A stretch of DNA of 64,000 bases from Macrostomum lignano. Lineage: Eukaryota. The notes below the pieces were generated by a model. It searched no databases and was not told the origin of the DNA. It saw only the letters and a program-made list of their open reading frames with translations. Each line of letters begins with the position of its first letter. Positions within the stretch are counted from its first letter, which is position 1. The translations under genes and the position numbers were made by a program. The stretch is taken from contig NIVC01002987.1 of assembly GCA_002269645.1 (NCBI GenBank), forward strand, positions 13,686-77,685, read 5' to 3'. This document shows positions 23,204-33,939 of this stretch, in pieces.

Positions 23204-26200
23204 TATGGTTGATTAGGCCTAGAAGACCTAAAAAAGGAAAAGGCAGTGTCAACATCAACTTAGAGTACAGTCTAGGTTTAATAATCTGTCTGGGTTTACC
23301 CACATAGCCTATGTTCTAAAGTCTACTACTAGTTAGTAATGTACAGCACTAGCAATATAATTATTAATGGTATTCTCTTATGCTGCATCCTATGTTGCTC
23401 GGCAGAGCTGGTAGACGGAGGACCGGCTTCCGGGTTGGTTGGAAAATTCAAAGATTGAAACTTTGAAAGATGAAGAAACGTCTATGAAGGCTAGCCTCTT
23501 ATAGCTGGAATGGACGTGTGCCCGGAGTCGTCGGCTCACGGCTCAATGTTTTAAATACGCGCCATCTTTTAAGTCTTTTTTAAGACGAGATTTATTTATA
23601 GCTTAAGAAGGGTGCCAAATTTGTCGTAAAAATATTCTGCTTTGAAGATGAGGAAGAGCAGACATCATAAGTAGATAAGTGTCAGTATTTTCCCTTTTTA
23701 TAGTGGAAGTAGTCATATAGTCGCACGAATTTAAAGCCTTTATATTTTCGGTACATTAATTTAAAAATTCCTGTAGATCTGGATATTAACAGTTAACACG
23801 AATACACGATATCACGATTGAGTTAGGTGCCTTTCGTGCCTAGCATTACATTAATTTATGTTGAATTGAATAGCTCAAATCTCAAAAAGATTTGGGCAGT
23901 CAGAACTCAGAACCAATATTATAATCATTCGTCTCTTATTAATATTTATTTTAGGGCCCTAGTTAAACTTGTGCATTAACTTTGTAAAAAAATTTGAAGG
24001 CAAATAAAGTTAAGCAAAGCATGCATACTTTGGAATTTAAAATTTGAAATAATTAATGAAAAAAAGTAGATTCTGAAATTTTAAATTGCTATTCACTAAC
24101 TAGATCAGAGATTCTAATGTACACGTTATACAATATTTGGTTAATTATAGGGTGTCACTGTGCATCATGTATCTGACTCATCTGGAAAAAAATAGATTGA
24201 TTAAAACACTTTTAAACAAGTTAAACATATGCAGGTATGCATGTGTTTTGTTATTCTTTTTTAAAGTTTGCTTGCACATTATTTTAGAGCATATTAATTA
24301 ATATATACTATTCTCACTTATTACCAAAGTGGCTGTTACCAAAATGGCTATTACCAAAATAGACTGTTACCTTGTTAGTAATATGCTTAATGCTAAGGGC
24401 CTATGTATAAAATTGGGATAAATATATAAAAAGGTATTTATTTTGTGCTAGGTTAAGCCCCTTACCTGCTCTATATAGGCCTAGTAGATAAATATCCATA
24501 GGTCAGGCTACAATATAATTTAAAGCCAAAGGGAATGATTATAATATAATATAATTCTATTATAGCAACTATTTCCCTAATTACTACTAATAGAAAATGA
24601 ATGAAATATATCACCTACAGCCCTATGTAGAAAGCTTAGTCCAGACTAGCTAGTCTGCACTTGGGTTGGGTAGTTTAGTCTATAGTCAATAGTCTAGCTA
24701 CCCTAGTTCTGTCTATAGTAGACCAGTCTAACTTTGTATTTCTGTATATCAAATCCAAGTCCAGACTAGCTTTTCAAGACCAGACTATCCTAGACAGAGC
24801 TTTTTGTATATGGCTCCTAGGCTTATTATTAATATTATCCATTTAGTCATTTAGGTTAGAGCTGTGGCCATCTTGGTATCTAGCCATCTTGGTCATGCAC
24901 TACCTGTTTTTGGCATAAAATAATTTGTCCTCCTTGCAACTTTTGCCTTTTGCTTTGGGTTTCTCTGATAGTAACTGGCCATTTTGCCTCTAAACAATTT
25001 TTGCCATGGGTTTTTTCCCCAGACCATCTTGCTTAAATAGACTTTTTTGTCCCTATCCAGGCCAATTCAGTTATTGACCAGTTTGGCCAAAGTGGCAATA
25101 AATGCTAATAGTGATATATTCTTTATTAGATTTAGAAATTTCATCGATTTTTATTCTTGTTCTTGCATCTTTTTTAGAGAATCAATCAAAAATTGACATC
25201 AAAAAGGCAATAAGTCTAAAAGGGCCATAACCATAACAATTACATATATTAGACTTGTATTTATTAAAATGAATAATAGGCCCAATTAAAATGTATTAGA
25301 CTTCTACTATTATTCTACATGGATATATATTGATACTAAGGCAGGCATTATTTTAAATAGCTATCAAAAATTTATGCTGCTTAGAAATAAGAACAAACTT
25401 TATTTGAGTATATTTTTTATTATATCTTTCAATGCCTTTCAATGTCAATGTCATTTAACAACTATTTTATTTTAGTAGCTTTATGCATTCATCTTAGACA
25501 AATATAACATGAAACAAGTCATATTTGCCTTCCTATATTCATGTCTAAAAAGTTGCAAAAATTATTAACAATATGTAGCAAGTACTAAGAGTAAGAGATT
25601 AGACTCAGACTAGCAATCTAATGTCCCCTTTAGGATGCCCAATAAGCAAAGAACAAAAATATTCATGCAAATTCATTAAAAAGCACATTTTCTTAAGAAC
25701 CAATTCTTTTTTCAGTTTTATAAATCACATTATTTGTGTAAACTTCTCATAGGCAAAGACGTTTATGTTTGTTATAATTTTTTTTCTAAAAAATAACGAA
25801 AGGACAACAAAATAAAGCCTTCACAAAGATAACAAGCATTCCCCTTATATAGAAAGCATCTCCTAGACTGCAAACATCCTTCTAAATAGCATGCATCTCT
25901 AGATGGCAAGCATCCCCCAATAATAAGTATCCCACAATGGCAAACATCCCTTAGATAGCAAGCATAGTAAGCACCCCCCATATAGCAAGTATCATCAGAA
26001 AAATAGTATATTTCCATCATTGGAAGTCTTAGTAATTATTTTTGTTAGTTTTTTTTTGTTGAAGAATAACTATTAGCTTATAAATTAACAGCTTTATAAA
26101 AATCTCTTATATGAATCCTATTTTAGTTACTTTTAGTTGCTTAATGTAGTTAATTGTTCCAGTATGTGATGGCTCGGCACTTCACTGCATGCCAACTACT

Positions 26201-26302
26201 GCGCATACGCAGAGCCGGTAGACCTGCCCTGTTTTCCTGGTCTGGTCCGCCAGATACTTACCCATCCAGCCAGTGCCTGCCAATCCCCTATCTCGCTTTA
26301 CA

Positions 26303-29300
26303 ATGAGCATCCTGTGCCCATGCGCAGCCTCCAGCAGTGGTGCCTCATCTGGCGCCGAGGCCAAGTACTCGGTCGGCCGGGGCAACAAGCTGTCAGCCGA
26401 GCAGGTCAGTCGTCAAATCGATCGACAGTTGAAAGCCGACCGGGAGCTTCGACGCCACGAACGCCGCATCCTGTTGCTAGGCACTGCAGCTAGCGGTAAA
26501 AGTACATTTCTGAGATCGATGCGTATTATACACGAGGATCGATTCTCTGAGCAGGAGCTGCTCAGCTTCAAGTCAGTTATCTATTGCAATATTTGGCGCG
26601 GCCTGATGAAATTGCTGTACGTTAAAAAACGGCTTGGCATTCGCTGGGAGAATAATAAAACTGGCGTACCGGCTGTTAAAGCGCTGCTGGCTCTGGAGAA
26701 GGAAATTGGCCACTCGGCGCTCATGGCCTGCGGCCTGCGCGAGGATCAGTTCCTCAGGGCAGCGCCTTTTATTCAGGTATTTCTGTTTGCATGCTCTCCT
26801 GTGATTATTATCCATTAGGTCATTAGGGTTTTGTTAGCTTTCCCATGATGATTGTCCATTAGGCCATTAGCATTTTTCTTGCTTTAATTCCCATGATGAT
26901 TATCCATTAGGTCATTAGCGGTTTTCTTGCTTTAATTCCTATGGTGATTATCCATTAGGTCATTGAGGTTTTCTTTCTTTAATTCCCATGATGGTTATTC
27001 ATTAGGTCATTAGCGGTTTCTTGCTTTCCCATGATGATTATCCATTAGGTCATTAGCAGTTTTCTTGCTTTAATTCCCATGATGGTTATTCATTAGGTCA
27101 TTAGCGGTTTTCTTGCTTTCCCATGATGATTATCCATTAGGTCATTAGCGGTTTTCTTGCTTTCCCATGATGATTATCCATTAGGTCATTAGCGGTTTTC
27201 TTGCTTTCCCATGATGATTAACCATTAGGTCATTAGCGGTTTTCTTGCTTTAATCCCTATGGTGATTATCCATTAGGTCATTAGCGGTTTTCTTGCTTTC
27301 CCATGATGATTAACCATTAGATCATTAGCGGCTTTCTTGCTTTAATTCCCATGATGATTAACCATTAGGTCATTAGCGGTTTTCTTGCTTTAATTCCCAT
27401 GATGATTAACCATTAGGTCGTTAGCGGTTTTCTTGCTTTAATTCCAATGATGATTATCCATTAGGTCATTAGCGGTTTTCTTGCTTTCCCATGATGATTA
27501 TCCATTAGGTCATTAGCGGTTTTCTTGCTTTCCCATGATGATTATCTATTAGGTCATTAGCGGTTTTCTTGCTTTCCCATGATGATTAACCATTAGGTCA
27601 TTAGCAGTTTTCTTGCTTTAATTCCCATGATGATTATGCATTAGGTCATTAGCGGTTTTCTTGCTTTCCCAAGAGGACTATCTATTTAGTCATAGGGTTT
27701 CGACTACTAAAATATGATTTGTCATTACCTGGGTTGGGAGGGCCAGTGTCCTATAGCTGTTTGTGAATTCCAATCCGATTGCCACATGTACAGGAAACTT
27801 TTACTAATGAAATGTTATTGGGAAACTGGCTGCTATCTGACAAGCGGCGCACTAATCGCTTTCCGTATTTGATAGGAATGAGTCAATCAGGCCAGCAGCA
27901 GTCAGTGTCTTATGGGCAAGCATTAGCCAGAATATTTCTGCGCAGCGTTACACTTGGGGATGGGGTGCAAGGGCGAATGGCCATCCTGCTTTCCCCTCTT
28001 TCTCTCTCCCCCCTCTCTCCCACAGAAACTTTCCTGCATTTCTGGTCGGTCGGTCGTACTTCAATTTTCAAACTTTTCCGGAGCTCCCTCTTGTTTTTCC
28101 TATTCGAATGATCCGCATATCAGGCTTGGCTTGGCATATCATTACAGATTCAAATAGGCGTATGTATCTATACAGGCCATGCTGGTCTGTCCGCAGTGGC
28201 TTTGCATTCTCCCTCTTCCCACTGCTTCCCCCATTTCACCTCTGCTGGGCTTGCTACCGACAGGCCCATCTACGTCTAGTGTAGCCCTGTTGTGTTGTAT
28301 TTAATGGCGGATTCTTGTCGCGCCCCCTGACTTGGCTGCTGTAGATAATAGCTTTGCCTTTTGCTATTTTTTTGTCTGCAAATGCAGTGTGTAGTAGTCC
28401 ATATATACTACTGACAGTACTGTTATTTATGCTTTTCAATGAGCAGAATGAGTTTCGTAAGATTTTAATTTTGTGTTGTCTCTCAAATGTGTGTGTCAGC
28501 TGGCTACTGTGTTGTCTGTCAAATGTGTGTCAGCTGGCTACTGTGTTGTCTGTCAAATGTGTCAGCTGGCTACTGTGTTGTCTGTCAAATGTGTGTCAGT
28601 TGGCTACTGTGTTGTCTGTCAAATGTGTGTCAGCTGGCTACTGTGTTGTCTGTCAAATGTGTGTCAGTTGGCTACTGTGTTGTCTGTCAAATGTGTCAGC
28701 TGGCTACTGTGCCATCTCTGCATCTTCGCATGATTGAACATTGCCATGAGCTGGGAAGCTTATCACACCACACGCACAGGTTTGAATAGAATTAAAATGC
28801 TGTTTTTCACCTGCCCAGGTGCTCTGGTGCGACGCCGGAGTTCGTGAAGCATTCGAGCGCCGGCACAGCGTACCCGGCGACGAGGAGTTCAAAGATGTCG
28901 GAGAGAATCTGGATTACTATTTGAATAGGCTCAAATCTATCTCGGTTGTTAACTACAGGCCAACTGACGCGCACATATTGCATAGCAGGCGGTTTACTGA
29001 CTCGGTAAGGCAGTTTGTCTGGCTGCGATCTGCGAACTCTTTGCTGCCTACTTGCAGTAGTTTTCAAGTGATTACTGAGAGTCAGCCCCAAGCCCTACTG
29101 AGAGTCAGCCCCAAGCCCTACTGAGAGTCAGCCCCAAACCCTACTGAGAGTCAGCCGCAAACCCACTGAGAGTCAGCCGCAAACCCTACTGAGAGTCAGC
29201 CGCAAACCCTACTGAGAGTCGGCCGCAAACCTACTGAGAGTCAGCCGCAAGCCCTACTGAGAGTCAGCCCCAAACCCTACTGAGAGTCAGCCCCAAACCC

Positions 29301-30098
29301 TACTGAGAGTCAGCCGCAAACCTACTGAGAGTCAGCCGCAAGCCCTACTGAGAGTCAGCCCCAAACCCTACTGAGAGTCAGCCCCAAACCTACTGAGAGT
29401 CAGCCCCAAACCCTACTGAGAGTCAGCCCCAAGCCCTACTGAGAGTCAGCCCCAAACCCTACTGAGAGTCAGCCGCAAACCCTACTGAGAGTCAGCCCCA
29501 AACCCTACTGAGAGTCAGCCGCAAACTCCACCCGCAGGTATTCGAAAAGTGCCTGCTATACGAGGGCGTGCCCCTGCGCATTATCGACATTGGCGGGCAC
29601 ACTAACGAGCGCCGGAAATGGTCGAAAACGTTGCGCATATTCCAGGGCGAGCTGCAGTCGGTTATCTACATAATCGCCTGTTCAACATTCAACGAAACCT
29701 ACACCAAAGCCAGCGGCGAGCTCATCAACAAGCTCGACGAGAGTTTCCTCTGTCTGCGCCACCTTCTAGACGTGAAATCGGAGCTGTTCACCCGCGACAT
29801 GAACCTGATCGTGTTCTTCAACAAAGACGACCTGTTCTCTTACAAGATCGCCAGCCTTCGTGTCGATTATTCAAAGTTCGATTCGACCTTTCCAGCTGAT
29901 CGATTCGATCCGTTGGATCTCGGCCAGGTGCGCGAGCATCTGATCAGACGCCTGACCACTGTTGTGCCGCCTAATCGGCAGTTGCGCAGGTACACTCACT
30001 TCACCACCTCGATTGATCTCAGCAATGTCAGACGGGTGTTCCGCGACATCCGGGACACTGTTATGCTCAACTTTCTCAGAGAGGCCCTGCCGGCTTAG
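26303..30098 (+). CDS. Divergent heterotrimeric G-protein alpha subunit, closest in style to G12/13, ~406 aa
   Basis: Exons 26303-26776, 28819-29004 and 29538-30098, all phase 0 with canonical GT/AG. Motifs ILLLGTAASGKSTFLRSMRIIH, LWCDAGVREAFERR, DIGGHTNERRKW, FFNKDD, HFTTSID; N-terminal Cys pair MSILCPC. Confidence 0.92.
26810..27670. repeat. Intronic minisatellite, ~40-44-bp unit
   Basis: ttcccatgatgattatccattaggtcattagcggttttcttgct repeats. Confidence 0.95.
28495..28710. repeat. Intronic minisatellite, ~30-bp unit
   Basis: gtcagctggctactgtgttgtctgtcaaatgt repeats. Confidence 0.9.
29073..29525. repeat. Intronic minisatellite, 22-23-bp unit
   Basis: ctactgagagtcagccccaaacc repeats running up to the acceptor at 29537. 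Confidence 0.95.
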
Positions 30099-30221
30099 GT
30101 AGCGCCTTCTATTCGATTCATTCATTCCCGGCTACAGATAATATATAACTAGATTGCTCACTTCAAAATTTTACTCCTGCACTTACTCTTAGGCCCAGAT
30201 GTAAGAGGGGGAAAGGGAGGG

Positions 30222-30412
30222 ATGGGGAGCTAGGAGAGGGAGGGGAGCTAGGAGAGGGAGGGGAGCTAGGAGAGGGAGGGGAGCTAGGAGAGGGAGGGGA
30301 GCTAGGAGAGAAGGGGAGCTAGGAGAGAGAGGGGAGCTAGGAGAGAAGGGGAGCTAGGAGAGGGAGGGGAGCTAGAAGAGGGAGTAGAGCTAGGAGAGGG
30401 AGGGGAGCTAGG
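30222..30412. repeat. Purine-rich minisatellite, 19-bp unit
   Basis: ggagagggaggggagctag repeats. Confidence 0.9.
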
Positions 30413-31664
30413 ATAAATAAATTCAGGAGACTGACACAGGAGGCGCTAAAAGATCATTACCCGATCTACTAGCAAATGAAATAAGATTTTTTAAATAGCA
30501 CTCAGATGCGAACAGACAATCTGACGTGGTATAAGAGCACTGTAATATTGTTCTTGTAGATATCATTAAACGAAGGCACTGCTAGTTTATTATCGCAAAA
30601 ACTCTGCCTGGATAAGATGGCAACTTGATGCTAGTAAACACCTTTAGAAACCTTTAGAACCTATGTACATATGCATTAGTTTATTTACTTCCAATTAAAT
30701 TTTACGCGCTGATGAGAATTAATCTTTGCACATGCAAATTATACTACTGTCATTATAGTAGCCAAACGTATAGATACGAGAGTGACAGATCAAGTTATAT
30801 ATTGTGTTCCCGGCTGGATGTTTTAGGCATAGCAGAAATGCGTTTATTGATGAAAAGTCGCTTACTATTAATTAGTAGCTTTAACTGAATCCTTCCAAAA
30901 CGGGTTGCTATAGAAAAACAGCAATTTTATCATCGCTGCTTTCAAATGATTCATTTTATGAAATTATGAAGGTGAGGAAGTCGAGTTCAATGTCTTTTAG
31001 CCTACTAAGGTACCTAGTAGTATCTTTCGACTGCCTTAAATATTTAATCGTTTGTACGGGAGTCACAAACCATAGCTTCTGAGCATGAGCATTACAACAG
31101 CTGTTTAATGCCACTATCCTTATACTAATCAATACGAGAGCTGTCAGCTGTTGTGAATCAATAAATTATTTTATTTTGAGCAGGCTAACAATCCCTGGAT
31201 TTGTGATGCAATAAGATTTCTTACTCTAATGCTATTTTGTTATTTCCTATTCGATGGAGTACAGTTTTTGATTCACAAGATCATTCAGTTTGTAGTGGAC
31301 AATAAACTATATGTTATATATGTATGCTTATTATCGTATAGATAATAATACAGACTTTATCTATTACTGAGCCATTGAGTCCGAGTATTTGTCTTAACAC
31401 TTCCCCTTGGTGCTTCTTATAGATGTATATATATGTATGCATACTGCTGCCCTGTATTTGCATAGTTTGTTGAGCTAGTTTGTTCAATTCTATACTCTTA
31501 TTAGTAGCAGTTTGTCTGATTGTACAATCTTTTTATTTCGAGTCAGTTTGGCCTTGGTCTTTTCTACTCCTATACATATTTATAATTTGTACAATAAGGC
31601 GACCATATGCGCTCTACAGCCTTGTATATTGTATTTAAATTTGCTTTTCATGGCCTTATTTAGG

Positions 31665-32150
31665 TTTAGAGACGCCATCCAAGGTGTGGAAACCACTCGC
31701 TCAGCCAGATTTAGAGACGCCATCCAAGGTGTGGAAACCACTCACTCAGCCAGATTTAGAGACGCCATCCAAGGTGTGGAAACCACTCACTCAGCCAGGT
31801 TTAGAGATGCCATCCAAGGTGTGGAAACCACTCACTCAGCCAGATTTAGAGACGCCATCCAAGGTGTGGAAACCACTCACTCAGCCAGGTTTAGAGATGC
31901 CATCCAAGGTGTGGAAACCACTCACTCAGCCAGGTTTAGAGACGCCATCCAAGGTGTGGAAACCACTCACTCAGCCAGGTTTAGAGACGCCATCCAAGGT
32001 GTGGAAACCACTCACTCAGCCAGATTTAGAGATGCCATCCAAGGTGTGGAAACCACTCACTCAGCCAGATTTAGAGATGCCATCCAAGGTGTGGAAACCA
32101 CTCACTCAGCCAGGTTTAGAGACGCCATCCAAGGTGTGGAAGCCACTCTC
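31665..32150. repeat. Tandem repeat, 48-bp unit
   Basis: tttagagacgccatccaaggtgtggaaaccactcactcagccag(a/g) repeated about 10 times. Confidence 0.95.
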
Positions 32151-32959
32151 TGTTCAGCCGGCTTATGAGCTGTTTGTTAAAATCAACCTGCACAATTATT
32201 AAGCGTACCGGTATTTGAGTTGTTATGAGGTCGAGAGATGCATTATTGTAATTGTGATTTATATATTCTTCCAACTATATGTAATATTAGTTGTGAATAT
32301 TGGTATACAATATATTTTACTGATTCAGTAGACCCAAGAAAGCATTCGATTGTGTATGAAATCGCTGCGCATATCTTATCAGAGTTGACTTGGGCCAACA
32401 CAGGGCAGGCATTTGATGTGTGCTAAGCAACAATTTGAAACGAAATTTTCTACGATTTCAGTGTTTTGTTTGTCCCCAATGTACATAGGAGCGTTGCCGC
32501 TTTTTTGCTATTTAATTATTGTTTGCTAATTCGAATTATTTTATTTAATTCTTCCTATTTTATTGGCCTTGTGCCAGGTTGATTCAGTAATAATATACGC
32601 GAGTAAGTTGATGCTTCGCTGCGTTGTCTATTAAACACAAAATACATGTAGTAATTCTTTTTTAACCTTTTCTTTTAAGCTGGTTCAATCTGTAGAGCAG
32701 GGGTTCCCGACGGAGGCAGGGCAGCTCCGTCTCACTCTTGTGCCTACCTTCATTTGGGGCTTTTGTGCACACAAAGTTGGCCGCCGGGTTGCCGTGCGAT
32801 TCACCCACAAATCACACAGTGTACATGCCTGACGCCTGTGCCGCTGTACACCCTTTGTGAGCCTGCGTACAGTATTGGCACGCTTTTGTGTTCACTGCTC
32901 AGGAGCCTTACTCCGCTGCAGGAGGCTCCGTCGACGTCCATTTCGCTAACCCCTAGCGA

Positions 32960-33310
32960 CCTGCTAGTGTTGCGGTGTCGCGCAGGGAGCTCCGGTGGTG
33001 TCGGTGTATAGCGGTCGCCGGCCCAGTAGCTGGCAGACATTCTCGGGCCCGAAAACGACTGAGAGATCTAGCATCCTGTCCCGAGTAAATGCGGGACATT
33101 CGCAGATGTAGTGCTCCGCATTCTCAACACCAGAGAGGCAGAATTTAGCATTCCTCATTGGAGAGTGCTCAGGAGTCGACTGGATGGGCAGAATTGCCTC
33201 ATCACTGGTTTTGGTGACTCTACCTATGTGCCTCAAGATATTTGTTGCAGCCTTGTCCGCTCGGATGTAATGACGCAACTTAACCTGGCTACGCATCTAG
33301 ACTTGAACAA
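32960..33310 (-). mobile_element. Degenerate non-LTR retrotransposon 3' fragment
   Basis: Translation ..KFCLSGVENAEHYICECPAFTRDR resembles the C-terminal CCHC zinc knuckle of LINE ORF2. Confidence 0.5.
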
Positions 33311-33692
33311 TGAACTGCATGTACCGACAATGAAGAAATTATCAAAAAATGTTATGTTCACACGGGCGCATATCATTTAGTATATTATAAAATATAAAAT
33401 GTACAATAAAAAAGATTGCTGTAAATCTTTCTCAATCAATAATAAGACTGTTAAAAATACGCACTTATCAGTTATATAACATGTTTAATACAATATGCTA
33501 CTGAAAGTAGCACGCTACAATACGAGTATTGTGGAAAACAAAGCAAGCGGCGCGCAATGATTACTCGTAGTTGATAAGCATAACTTAGCAGTGAATGACT
33601 TTTGACTGGCAAAATACAATTTGAGTTGCTTTCATAACCGGTAAGAACAGTACTTTGGCGGCTTGACAGCGTGTACATGACGAATGCTATGG

Positions 33693-33814
33693 CAGGGGTC
33701 GGCAAAATTTTTAACACACAAACCCAGAGCAGTCCGGATTGCTATTGTGAAGTTTCAAAGGACTCAAAAGCCGGATAGAGAGGCTTTTGCGGGCAAAGAG
33801 TTTGCCTACCCCTG
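33693..33814. mobile_element. Small hAT-like MITE, 122 bp
   Basis: TIRs caggggtcggcaaa ... tttgcctacccctg; no clear 8-bp target-site duplication. Confidence 0.55.
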
Positions 33815-33939
33815 AAGTAAGGCATTTTATTATTTTCTATTTAACAAATGCTTTTATAACCAACAGATACCGACATCTATACTACTAACTAAGTTAGTAG
33901 TGATGAACTGAACGCCTTTCAGGCTTTCAGCGGCTACAA

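Noticed and set aside
31512-32202. 48-bp repeat as a CRISPR-like array or repeat protein
   Set aside because: Head-to-tail units with no unique spacers and no cas genes in a eukaryotic context; the ORFs have no supporting signals.
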